From contig JARFOE010000001.1 in NCBI GenBank assembly GCA_031763465.1, positions 16,033,591-16,083,667 of the forward strand: a DNA stretch of 50,077 nucleotides, given 5' to 3'. This document shows positions 37,916 through 50,077 of this stretch, one piece after another. The notes beneath the pieces are model-generated. The model searched no databases and had not been told where the DNA came from. It saw only the letters and a list, made by a program, of their open reading frames with translations. The stretch is from Squatina squatina (lineage: Eukaryota). The number at the start of each line of letters is the position of its first letter. Within the stretch, counting starts at the first letter, position 1. The position numbers and the translations under genes are program-made.

Positions 37916-38955
37916 GAGGGTGGAGTTTGGCAGTTTTCATAAGTTGTTAAACGCCGCCTTAAGGCATTATTGAGGCGCAAACTCATCTTTAGGCGTTAAA
38001 ATGCTGTTTAGTGCCTCCCGCGAAATTTGTCTCCAAAATTCTTTAAGCGCTGAACGTTAGTGCCTCAGCGGCCAGGCGAGTTTTTGGTGGTTTGCGCTCC
38101 TGCCGACGTCATCAGTGGGCGCAACGCTTCTGCGGTGCCTCGTCGTGAAATTCCCCCCTGTCAGCGCCTAAAGCGTCATGCCAAAAACAACGCCTTAAAA
38201 ATTTGGCGCTACACTTATTTGCCGGGTTGGGCCGCCAACTTGCTAGAGATGAGAAGTATCCGGATGACAGCCACCATTCCCAGTGGGGGCAGGGGAACTT
38301 CTCGTGGACCTCCCGCCTGAGGGTTCTTCAGAGCTCAGTTACAGACGTGCTGATATGATTTAACCCCTGTAACGGCGACTCACTTTTTCAGTCATTCGGC
38401 CCATCGTCATGGTGCAGTTTTCTTCTGATGCACCTGATCAGGAGGAGACTGTCAATACAGAGGTAGAGGCACAGCTCACCAAACATTGTGAGGGACAGGC
38501 GTCCCCAAGCACAAGCTGACCCAGCACCCACTTCACCAACCTGTCAGATGAACTCTGGCGTTTTCTTCGTGAGTGATCTCCGATCTCCTTGAAGGAGGCG
38601 TCCTCTTCACTCTTCTATGATGCCCATTTCTCAGCACTCTGCAGTGTGGTGTGCTTCAAATCAACATGGTGCCTATTCCTTCATCCTCTGATCATTTCAG
38701 CGATTTTCCATTGCTTACCTGTGTAGTCACTTGCAGCAATGGCAATGGTGAGCGTGCGCCTCGCCTCCGTATCCAGCAGGGCATCTCTGCACATCACGCC
38801 TAAACTCACTAATTACTGCCTCTTGATCTCGCCTCCCCAATAAACATTTTTTCAAAAAGCCAATTTTACATCATCGTGCCTCCGCATCGAGGCGCTATTA
38901 AGGCGCAAAAATTTCTTGTATCTCCTTCCCCGAAGCGCTACTGAATTTCGGCCCC
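37916..38955. mobile_element. GC/CpG-rich DNA transposon-like element (putative PIF/Harbinger derivative)
   Basis: CpG-rich arms with repeated aggcgc motifs, terminus gaatttcggcccc, and a possible decayed internal coding remnant. Confidence 0.5.
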
Positions 38956-40313
38956 TTGGACTTTTGGCCGGGCTCAGTTTGTCCGGGTCCTCTCCTAATT
39001 TCTGACACACTCCTGGCAAAGCAGCTCTGGGAGTTTGCAGGATGCACAGTGGATTTTTGGTCTCAAATGTTCAATGATACAGATGTCAGGAAAGAAAGCC
39101 CAACAATATAGTTATACTGTACATCTCGTGTTGTTGCAGAGCAGATTCTGCTTCACAGTAATACAAGATGTACAGTATAGCTGCAACCAAGCCAGCATTA
39201 ATTTGGTATTTTCCATCAAGTGTGCAGGTGATCTCATACCACTTCAGTTTTGCTTCATTTTCAGTATAATTGCAAACTAAAGTTTAAAAGATGTTCAGGC
39301 AGTTCACTGGCCCACCGTTACGTTTTACAAAAGAGCCAACTGTCCGATTGTGAAATAATAGCTGAATTATAACTACTAATTATTATTAAATGTAAATTTA
39401 ATTTTGATAACAGGAGTTATTTTCATATATTTATTAATTGTCTTACCTAGCACAGAATTATTGATCCACAGCTATCTTTCAAGCATCTTTTATATCTGTA
39501 ATGTGAAGATTGCCTTGCACAATTTATTTCTCCAAATTCTACACAATCTAAGAAAACATACATATATGAGTTCAGTATAAAGCAAATGTTACTTTAGCTG
39601 AAGCCTGAAATCTTTTTGGCAGGATATTTCATCGAAATCTGATATGGTTTGTTTACCTCTTATTGGAGCATTGCCAGGTCCTGATCCTCTGTGGATTCTA
39701 TGCCAGGATTTTTGTTCAGCCTGGCCCTTGCTTGTATAGTGTACTGGCGCTTCTGGTTGTGGTTCAAAGAAAGAGGCAGACTTTGTTAGTTGTGTGATGC
39801 CACATAAGAGTCCACTAACTGACTCAAGTGTTATGNNNNNNNNNNNNNNNNNNNNNNNNNAAAAATATGTGACAGTTTAGATGTCACAGCTAAAACTGAG
39901 CAAAAACAGGAAACCTTGTTTCGTCGTGTCTTATTAGAACTGAAATGTATATTCTATGAGTTACTATTGAGAGGACTTACTGGCTCGTTTATATGGCTTT
40001 ATGCATTCATCTGTGCAGTACTGGTGTGGTTAGAAAAAATCATTTGAAATCGTCATGGAGAAATTTTCATGGGCAATGGGAAACTGACTCAACTACCTGG
40101 CTCGGGATAAAGGCTTTCACTTATTTTATGGAAAATATTCTACATTCTGAATAAGTTTGTTCATTTCTGGGTTTAATAATACCAGTAGACCAAAAGGTGG
40201 ACAAAGAGAGAATTCTTCATTCATCGTGTTGTGTTTCTGACTGACAGCTCTAGAACTGTGTTTTCCTCTCCTACAGAAGAAGATCGCAAAACTATCGTGG
40301 CTGCTTGGTTTGA

Positions 40314-40676
<363 letters not shown>

Positions 40677-42819
40677 TAGGGCCTGTCGCGATATAACACT
40701 GAGCTACATGAATAAAGTTTTGTGTGTGCACACTGGCAAACCTATAAAAGTTTGAACATTATAAGTGATCAGAGTTTGACTGATCTAGGTAAGGAAGATG
40801 TCTGCACACAGTGTATCTTGTGCAATACTACACAGTCATATTCTCCAAACATTAAAAAAACCTCCTCATCAAGAATCGATCCACGTAGTAAGTCGGGACT
40901 CAAATTGGTGGCCCACTCCCCATACCAACCCTCCAAGATCAAATGAATTTGCGTTCCGTCTATTGCATAGGAATCAACCTGAATCATATTAGTGTATCTG
41001 CAGCAAAATACTGCATGTCTCCAGGTAAGAATACAGACACAAAACAGGTTCAGTTTTTTTATATGAATACAGGCCTTGTTTATCCTCTGTCAGTCAGATA
41101 AAATGTGTTTTCATTTAGTGATTTCAACTTTAGTATCACCAGCCTGTTGCAAATGAAGTGCTTAAGTTGCTCTTGATCATTTTGTGTGTTTTCCTGAGAC
41201 AAACTTACAGTTTCAATAAGCTAGTCTCATAATCGAATCATAAATGAAATGCATTCTGTGACTACCAAGAATGAAAGCAAATACTGTTAACTGTCTAATA
41301 CTGTGCATTTAGGATTACAGTGCAGTTATTTTTCAGTAAGTGTGATATGTAAAACTCTTTTCAACATATAGGATTTCCCAGTCTGCTTTTCTGGCGATCC
41401 TATCCTTTTGGGTGGCTTGTAGGTTATGATTTAAAATTATCTCAATTTTTGTGGAAAAGGGCCATATTATTACGACAGATATATGGCCACCTCAGCCACT
41501 ATAGTGAAGTATGGGTGTGTTTGTAATATAAACATCACAGTAGAAGGCCAATACATGTTACTGTGTCAAAACAAATAGAAAAATGGCAGTTGTATATGAT
41601 GTACATTTCCTTTTTTCTTGTGTTTCTGTGACCAAAGTTTGTTTTTAATGAAACTGAATAGATATGTGAATTATGACAGCATTTCTTTGAGCCAAATGCA
41701 AAACAATAATAAGGTTACACTTCAAACATCAATCCTTCGCAACCATAATGCAATTGCCTATGTACCGTCAGAATTAGCCACCATTTACATCCTTTAGATT
41801 AGACATTTTGTAGATTCTGTATGGAGCATTTTGTTATAGTAGGTGCTATGTGATACTTTTATAAGATCCGGTATGATGGCTGGATTTGAAATTCATGCTT
41901 TCAACTCATAACTTCGATAGTAAACGGACATTGTCACATTTTAATGATAATCTTCTGCTTGCACTAGCCATGATTTCTGGTTTCACCTCTTCCATCATAG
42001 TAATGGAAAATCTTGCTCTGCCAAGATATTTGTTTGGAAATATAAAACTGAAATAATAGTTAATTTTATATTCAATAACTGAAGTTGGGTTGATTGTCTG
42101 CTAAATTAGCTCAAAGATTTACTGATGTACTGAAGCATAAAAGAACAAAGTCTTGGTTCTTTTATCCAAGCTGTGTGACGAACTGTTCTTTATATAATCA
42201 CAGATAATCTCATCGGACCAATGTACTTTACATATGGTTAAATTGCCACTATGGTCTCCCCTGATATCTCCAGGAAAGGCAAGAAAGGCCAGAGTTTAGA
42301 CTACGCACAAAGTGCTGAAATTAATAGGTAGAACTGACTGTAAGTACATAGTGTATTTACAAATGAGCAGAGTTACTTTAAGTGGCACGTCAGCAGTAAA
42401 GCATCTCACCCCTGCATCTTCATTATCTTTTGTTCTTCCTAAGTTAAGATTAAATGGCATGAAATTATTATTCTTTAAAGAAATTGTTGACAAAAGTTTT
42501 GTTCTTTGGCACATTTACAGTGCGTGCAATTTCTTTCTCATGTTGGAACGTTACACAAAACATTTCATTTTATGCGAAAAGAAGACTTGATGGCCCAAGG
42601 ACAATCTTTGTTTCTCAACTATCAATAAGTGCTGTGTGGAGATAAAACTTGGTCTGACTGTGGAATTACATGACAGAATGCACATACAACCATTAAATGT
42701 CAAATCTGGTCCTCGACTTTAAAAAAAAACACAGAATAAAGTACACACATGGGAGGAATGGTCTCCTTCTGCCCATTCCCAGACTAATGCTCCTGAAAGC
42801 CTACTTCTTGACCAAATAT

Positions 42820-42923
42820 CTCCTAATGTGGCTCAGTGTCAAATTTTGTTTGTTAACGCTCCTGTGAAGCAGTTGGGAAATTTTACTTGTTAAAGGCACT
42901 ATCTAAATGCAAGTTGTTGTTGT
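42820..42923 (+). mobile_element. L2-type 3' tail
   Basis: ctcctgtgaagcagttggga...ttaaaggcactatctaaatgcaag(ttg)n. Confidence 0.7.
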
Positions 42924-43137
42924 TTCTCATTTCCATGGAGATTTAATGTTTGTTCAGTGCAACATATCCTGTGTCTGTATCCTGTATCTAATACAATAAT
43001 TGTCTTTTTGCTAGCTACTTTACCATATACAGACATATTCTTATCTGTGGAAAAGAAGGTAAAATGTGCTAATTTTGAAATTATTGGTCCTTTTATGGTC
43101 CCCTTGTATCTAACTTAGCAGCCTATAAACAAAAAAA

Positions 43138-43570
43138 ACCTTGCATTGTTATAGTTTCATGTCCTTGGGTCATCCCAAAGTGCTTAACAGCCAACAATGT
43201 ACTTTGGAAGTGAAGTCACTGTCGTAATTTAGGGAAGCAGGGCAGCCAATTTGTTCACAACAAGGTCCAACAAAGAGCAGTGAGATAAATGCCCAGATAA
43301 TGTGTTTTTAGTGTGTATTTTGAGGGGCAAATGTTGGCCATGGTACTGGGAAAATTCTCCTACCCTTCTGTGAATAGTGCCATGAGATCTTTTAGGTTTA
43401 CCCTAGATGGCAGACAGACCTCGGTTTAACATCTCCTCCGAAAGATGGCATCTCCATCAGTGCAGCACAATCTCGGTCTAGATTATGTGCTCAGAACCTG
43501 GAAAGAGGCTTGAACCCACGTCCTTCTGACTCAGCGGCAAACATGCTACTGGTGATTCTAGGCTGATACC
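43138..43570 (-). mobile_element. Near full-length tRNA-headed SINE with L2-type tail (DeuSINE/SacSINE1-like)
   Basis: Minus strand shows a tRNA-like head (gagtcagaaggacgtgggttcaagcc B-box), a central gatctcatggcactattc segment and tail aagcactttgggatg...atgcaag. Family name recalled, not searched. Confidence 0.7.
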
Positions 43571-44140
43571 CCAGAAGAAAATAAAAACTGTCTGAACCTC
43601 ACAATATTCTAAAGGAAGGAGTCATGTCCAAAGAATAACATTTATCATCAAACGTTGGAGAATATTAAGACTGAGATTGGCAGCAGTTGATGGGTGTGGG
43701 ATTTCTTGGTTGTAGAGTTCAATGGTCCAATCCAGGAGGAATATGAATGTGGAACAAGAGGCAGCATAAAAAGAGCCAGATCTCCACCTGAACATCATAA
43801 AGGCAAAATATTTTTCTGTAGAAGGGATTCTTCTTTTTGGAATAGGTTTACATACACTATTAGTCTAGTTTGTATCATTGGGAAAAATTGAATGGAATTG
43901 TTAACCGAAATATCAACAATGATCTCCTTAAAAAAAACTAACTGCATTGCATTTTTACAAGGGTAATTTTTGTTTAGTGAGAACTGCAAATGCAAGTTCC
44001 AATTAACTTGGAATTGGGACTTCGCAGCAACTTCTGCATTTTGGAACGTTGATCACAGGGATATAGATTAAAAAAACAAATTAAAATGTAGTAATGGTGT
44101 GGGCAAGAGTCAGTGAACATCCACAAAATCTGAACTCTCC

Positions 44141-44309
44141 AGAGTGGAGAGAATGAGCCTGAGGGGAAACCGTGTGAGAGAACACCAGATAAAAGTTGGA
44201 GAACCAGCAGCAGAGAGCCAGTGAGAGTGGAGAGAGCAAGCCTGAGGGGAAACCGTGCAAGAGGACAACAGAAAAAAGCGGGAGAACCATGGGCAGAGAG
44301 TCAGTGAGA
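44141..44309 (+). repeat. Two diverged copies of an 83-bp purine-rich tandem unit
   Basis: agagtggagaga...agcctgaggggaaaccgtg...ggagaacca...gcagagag.cagtg begins at 44141 and again at 44224. Confidence 0.85.
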
Positions 44310-45479
44310 CCGATAAGTCAGAGCACAAGCTGAATGAAATTCGGAAGACATGTCACTGCCGCGGAGGGAGTGGATTGGTGGGTAGTAGGTGCAAGTGTTA
44401 GTTTGTTAGCTTGTTCATTTTTCACTGTTGAATTTCACTTGATGGTAGTTTCCATNNNNNNNNNNNNNNNNNNNNNNNNNNNNNNNNNNNNNNNNNNNNN
44501 NNNNNNNNNNNNNNNNNNNNNNNNNNNNNNNNNNNNNNNNNNNNNNNNNNNNNNNTTGATGTAAATGCCAGATCCAAAACTTTTCCTCAATCTAAATGTC
44601 AAATGGCTGAATTTAGAACAGTCTACTTAATGAAAGAAATTGAAGGATCAAGGTAGGAGACAAGAATTCGGCTGCTTCCTTTGTTTAATCTATCACAATT
44701 TTTCCCCTTTCATCTTCCCTGAAAAGGGACAGCCTGCTGGCATTTCTGCAAATGTCGTCAGTGGAGCTCCTAAGTCGACTCACTAAGGCATGCTTTAACA
44801 ATGCAGGGAGAAACAAGAAATAATTGGCTGCATTTCATATTACTCTTACTTTATGATTTAAGAATAAAAGGTGTGAGGTACACTGAGCTTCTTGCTGTTA
44901 GATGACAATGAAATATAAAGCTGAGCCAACCATTTGCATAGAACTGAAGCTAAAGGGATATTATCATTAAATAGCATTTAACAGAGTAATGAAGAAAACT
45001 CCGAATCCCTGAGGATCTGCTTTCCATTTGGCCAATAAGCAACTGGTACCTAGCTTTTCCAGAAGCACACTCTTGTCTCTATTCCTAGAGTAAAAATTCA
45101 TTGGCTGTCATGTCTGGAAAGTAGGTGGGTTCACCAAATAGCGTACATAGCAGCTGTGTGTTCAGGCCCTTATTTGGTATCTGTGAGCAGAACCAATCCT
45201 TCCAGCAGTGAAGCATCCTCACATGCATAATTCATTAACTCATATTTCAAGGAGATGCTTGTCCATGAATACCTCTCCAAATCATTCTTTTTGGCTAGGA
45301 TTTTCCATTTGCTTTTGTAAATTCTAATCTATTATATCAAACTGGATTTGTGCAAATGGCCACTTTATACCAAACAGGTNNNNNNNNNNNNNNNNNNNNN
45401 NNNNNNNNNNNNNNNNNNNNNNNNNNNNNNNNNNNNNNNNNNNNNNNNNNNNNNNNNNNNNNNNNNNNNNNNNNNNNNN

Positions 45480-46128
45480 GAGTCAGCATTTCGCTCGCCG
45501 ACGTCCACCCCGCCCCGGCCCTCCCGGTATTCGCTACTCCGGAGCGCCTGCAGGACGCAGCGCGCTCCCGGGCTCGGACGCCAGTGGTGACGCTTCAGCG
45601 CCATGCCCCTGGCCTCTGAAACGTCGCATCAGTGTCTTGCGCACTGACGTCAGCAGGAGAGCCGGGCCTCCCTTAAAGGGGAGAGCTGCCGGCCATCCTG
45701 AACCCTATACCCTGGGCCATCAGGGCGGCCGGCGACCAGGCCACCAGTTGGTGTGCCAGGTGAGGCGATGGTGGCCTGATCCGGCCGAGGGGCTGCCATT
45801 TCTAGTCAGCCGATAAAAAAAAATGTCGGCCAGAGGCGTAGACACCCTCGCCTTTAGGGGGCCCGTTGCAGCAACAGGTTTACCCTGGAGGCGGCCGAAT
45901 TTCCCCATGGGACGCAAATGGGGCGGTGAGGGCATTGTGGCTGCACGTTGCAGGGCGTCTTGATTACGTCACGCAAAATTCAGCTGAGCTGGCGTAAAGG
46001 TCTTTGCGCCTAGCCGAATTTTGGAGAAGACGAGATGGCCGTCTCCCGACCCCATTTTCCTTTTGACGTCCCATTAGTGCCCCTCAGAGGCACTAATGTT
46101 CCATTAAAAGAGGCCAATTTTGGACCCA
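45480..46128. mobile_element. GC-rich non-autonomous DNA transposon-like element
   Basis: cccttaaagggg palindrome, gacgtc motifs, terminus ggccaattttggaccc; abuts an assembly gap. Confidence 0.55.
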
Positions 46129-46220
46129 CCTTGTGTAGTGTAAAATTTAAAGATAACCAATTTTGTTACATGTTTGTTCTCATTGATATACTTCATGTGG
46201 AATATTTGTTCAATTTATAG

Positions 46221-46319
46221 GAATTAGAAGGAATTAACAAATGGGGCCTTAATATCTTTAAAGTTGCCGAATATTCTGGAAACAGACCTTTAACAGTCGT
46301 GATTTACACAATTTTGCAG
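46221..46319 (+). CDS. PDE4D: Catalytic-domain exon (not in ORF track)
   Basis: tttatag| [33 protein letters not shown] |GTGAGT; 99 nt, phase 0/0. Confidence 0.96.
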
Positions 46320-48075
46320 GTGAGTTTGGAGTGTATTTATGGTTGACCATTTGAAGATGTTGCATTTGGTGATGGTACCCTCCTGAGTGCTCTCCAACAC
46401 TGTTGTGTATAGTAAAGTACTAGCTAACCTCTGCATATTGCTTTGTAAATGTCAAAAACACTGTCAGTTGCTAGAATCGAAGAAGGTGTGTGAACCTATT
46501 GGAGAATCCGTTACCCAAACAACAACTGAATTGAAGGCCGCGATTTTGCCAGCGCCGAGCAGACCTGATTGGTATCGGGGTAGAAGCAACTGAGCCAATT
46601 ATTGGCTTGTTTAGAAGCCCTTAACAGTGATATTTTACTCATCTTTTGACTTTAACAGCTCGCCCACAGATTTCATGCTGCTCCTGGACCCCGTCTGTTC
46701 ATCTGAGGCGGAGGTTGAGTGGCCATTGAAGCAGATGATTGGTGACTGCGTTAAAACTTGTATAAAACCTCATAATTTACATCTGCACACTTTCCAAACT
46801 GAGAGACTCTTTGGNNNNNNNNNNNNNNNNNNNNNNNNNNNNNNNNNNNNNNNNNNNNNNNNNNNNNNNNNNNNNNNNNNNNNNNNNNNNNNNNNNNNNN
46901 NNNNNNNNNNNNNNTCAACTAATCACTCCCGTCACCAGATCAGCATCATTGGAGAGTTCACTGCCAGTGTCTGAGCCCAAGCAGTGGTTCTTTGACAGCA
47001 ACAAAAGATCTGAAAAATGAGACTGTGCCTCAAAAGGTGGCTGATACTGATTGAATAGCACAACCTGTACTGTAATAACAAATTGAGGATCACAACCTCA
47101 ACCTGACTGAAAACATCATCTTACAGATTTGTCCTTCAGCTTGTCCTATTTATTTTCAGTTCTCTAATGCAGTATGGACAGTTATCCATCATTAACTACA
47201 AATACGCAAGCAATGGATATCATTGAAGATGATTTATAAAAATGTCAAATTCTATTCATTTAACCCCCCCACTGGAATAGCATAAAAGCTGTGTGTGACT
47301 TGATGAATTTAGGACCTGACAGATTTGTGATGAAACCAAGAGCAGCCTCCTTCTTATCTAGTCTTTGAAATCGTTACTAAGTGCCCTGGAACCAAACAAC
47401 CTTAAGCACCCATGACATTTCATAATTGATGCCACAATTTACTGAGAATTATACTTGAATTATACAGACTTAAAAGGGGAGGGTGACTATTGTTTCATTT
47501 TTAGTTCTTTAATAGTAATAGAATTGGAGCTGAACATTACAAATGTAGCACTCACACACACACTTGGGAACTGGTTATTTATAGCCATGTTTATCAATTC
47601 TTTATTATTGTAAAGTATCTTTTTGTGATGTAGACATTTAATTTATTGTACTATGAATCCTAGACAATGTCCTGTACATGTGCTCAGTCCGAGATTTAGA
47701 GAAATGCAGTCAAGATTTGTTTTCTATTAAGGAAGCTCATTTTGGGGGTCTGGTGGCACAACAGGTTATTGCTCCAACCAGCTGCACCCAAGAAGCATTG
47801 TACAAATCTGTGCCTAGAATTCCTTATAGACTGAGTAGAAGCCAGGCACCTGTGCATTGAATTGTGGAATGAGAGTGAGTGACCTGATAGCGCTGTTGCA
47901 CCTCTTACCAGCTGGCTACAGAGTTGCATTGGCAGGTATCTGGGAGTAGGGCTTTTGCCCGTCTACCTGATACATAATCCAAAAAGGACTAAAGGTAAAG
48001 GGTGAGGGAGGGGGAAGAGACAATACACAAGCGGTTTCAGTGGCTTAATATGAGCCCCATTTTCACTTCTTTTAG

Positions 48076-48240
48076 GAGCGGGAATTATTAAAAACTTTCA
48101 AGATTCCAGGAGACACTTTACTTACTTATTTGATGACCCTGGAAGACCATTATCATACAGATGTGGCTTTTCATAATAACATTCACGCAGCAGATGTTGT
48201 TCAGTCCACTCATGTTCTACTATCAACACCTGCATTAGAG
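48076..48240 (+). CDS. PDE4D: Catalytic-domain exon with HNxxH metal-binding/catalytic motif
   Basis: cttcttttag| [55 protein letters not shown] |GTAAGC; 165 nt. Confidence 0.98.
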
Positions 48241-49032
48241 GTAAGCAGTACACTCTTAAACATTTTTACTTTCCCAGATAAATTGGCATTTGTAAGCAGA
48301 GGAATGTGCAATGAAATTTTTGTCATTAGGATAATGTCATTGTGTCAACCTCTGCTGATAAAATAGCGACATGTATAAAGCTTAACTAAAAAATATGCAT
48401 CAAAACATGAAACAATATTGTAAAAGAGCATCGTCTGTAGAGCCAATTGCAGTGACTTAGTCTAGAAACTGAACTGACATGAAGGCATCCCAATGTGTTC
48501 AAATTTGACTTTAAGCATTGCTTTATGTGATGTGGTACTCCTATAAAAACTAAAATTGAGTTTTAAGAAAACTGTATATTGTTCCTACTCTTAAGCATAA
48601 TTTTGGACATAATATCTATTTCCAGGGTGCCAAATTGTCTGAGTCGGAAGTGTTTTTTAATGAAAAAATAGATTTTACCTGAATTTATCAATGTTTGCAT
48701 GCATTCTTGGCTTAATGTTACATTACATGGTACTTGCAGATGCACACATTGCATAATTCTATACATTCTGGTAGCACTGAGGGTTGATAGGACAGAGTCA
48801 TTCCTTGGTAGGTGAGATTTGGACAATATACATGTTAAACATTTTGGTTCTTTTACACTAGGTATTTTTGGCTTCTGTGATTCAGCCTACTCTTGCAGGT
48901 GAGCCTCATTTTCCTATGTGAGAGTGTTTTAATTTGCTCAGTTATCTAAGTAAATGCTCCCTAACTCAGCAGCACTAAAACCTATCATAGCCCTCCAATT
49001 TCTACCTTGGCTGAGATCATTTAAGGATGCAC

Positions 49033-49233
49033 CAGAACATAGGAATAAGAGTGGACCATTTAACCCCTCGAGCCTGTTCCGCCATTCAATGAGATCATGG
49101 TTAATCTGTGACCTAGCTCCATATACCACGCCTTTGCCCCATATCCATTAGATTTTTGTTAACTCAAAGGTGTTATCAATCTCAGATTTAAAATTAACAA
49201 TTGATCTAGCATCAATTGCTGTTTGTGGAAGAG
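49033..49233 (-). mobile_element. CR1 3' tail
   Basis: gaacataggaataagagtggaccatttaacccctcgagcctgttccgccattcaatgagatcatgg. Confidence 0.8.
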
Positions 49234-49972
49234 NNNNNNNNNNNNNNNNNNNNNNNNNNNNNNNNNNNGTAACATAATATATTTTACAGTAGTTGTTAAG
49301 CTTAGCTTGTTCCTCATTATAATGGGAAATAATAGACTTTTGTGCTAAACTATGGGGGAATTAATTTTCATTCAAAATTATACTTTTTGTTCCTTTTTTC
49401 ACCAACCACAGAATTTATTTTGCATAGCTAACCTACTTGTAAGTTGCAGACAGACCCTCTCTTTGAATGATACACTCATTAGGGGTAATTTTAACTTTTG
49501 GCAATATTGTAAAACATGCAATATCCTGTTATACATGTGCCCGATTTTCTTTCCATGGACTTCAATGTATAATGGAAATCTAAATATAAGGACACAGTGT
49601 GCGACTTTGAAATGGGGAACAAATTATGTCTGTGCTTCATTATCTTCTAACCTCTACATCCTGCTTCACTTGAGGACTACACTTGGTCTTAACTCCTCAT
49701 GCACAATATCACTAATATATTTCACTAGTATATATACACATATACAGACATACATACACACATGCATTAATCTGGATGCGAATTTAAAAAATACATAAGA
49801 TCACTTGAAGTTGGAACAAACTGAGAAAAAAGTTTTTGTGGAGCTATTACTGCTGTCCTCAAAGAGTTGAGGTCATAGAGATAGCAATAAATACCAGAAG
49901 AAACTGCTGGAGGCAGTGTGGCTGGTTCTCAATCTTGCTAATGTGTCAAATTTGCACATTTTATTTCCATAG

Positions 49973-50077
<105 letters not shown>

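Noticed and set aside
41010-41030. Strong donor CAG|GTAAGA as a possible PDE4D6 first exon end
   Set aside because: No upstream frame resembling MPEANYLLSVSWGYIK.
47745-48010. Possible tRNA gene or SINE
   Set aside because: Only a vague A-box-like start; no cloverleaf or clear B-box, so at most an old unclassifiable repeat.
49352-49798. 148-aa ORF in the ORF track
   Set aside because: AT-rich intronic sequence with a TACA-type microsatellite and no protein-like signature; lies between two consecutive catalytic exons.

Overview
This is eukaryotic, vertebrate genomic DNA. The repeat landscape suggests a cartilaginous fish (shark/ray), which is inference. The assembly is highly fragmented, with short contigs joined mostly by 100-N spacers. 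On the + strand there is one late internal exon of DEPDC1B, followed by scattered exons of the cAMP-specific phosphodiesterase PDE4D in the same order as in mammals: a PDE4D7-type 42-nt-coding exon, PDE4D5 and PDE4D8 first exons, the first common UCR1 exon, the PDE4D1/2 short-form exon and three catalytic-domain exons. Several expected exons are absent and probably lie in gaps. Introns carry CR1, L2, RTE, Penelope-like, hAT, GC-rich putative Harbinger and Deu-type SINE fragments. The best findings are: a recursive-splicing (AG|GTAAGT) site with a stop-introducing 60-nt RS-exon; Penelope-associated minimal hammerhead ribozyme motifs, one nearly intact; an 86-nt PDE4D1/D2 retained intron of the mammalian length; a YHN->FHN active-site substitution; and altered RACK1/beta-arrestin docking residues in PDE4D5. 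I found no evidence of a wholly new gene system. These findings are known mechanisms that may be undocumented in this lineage.
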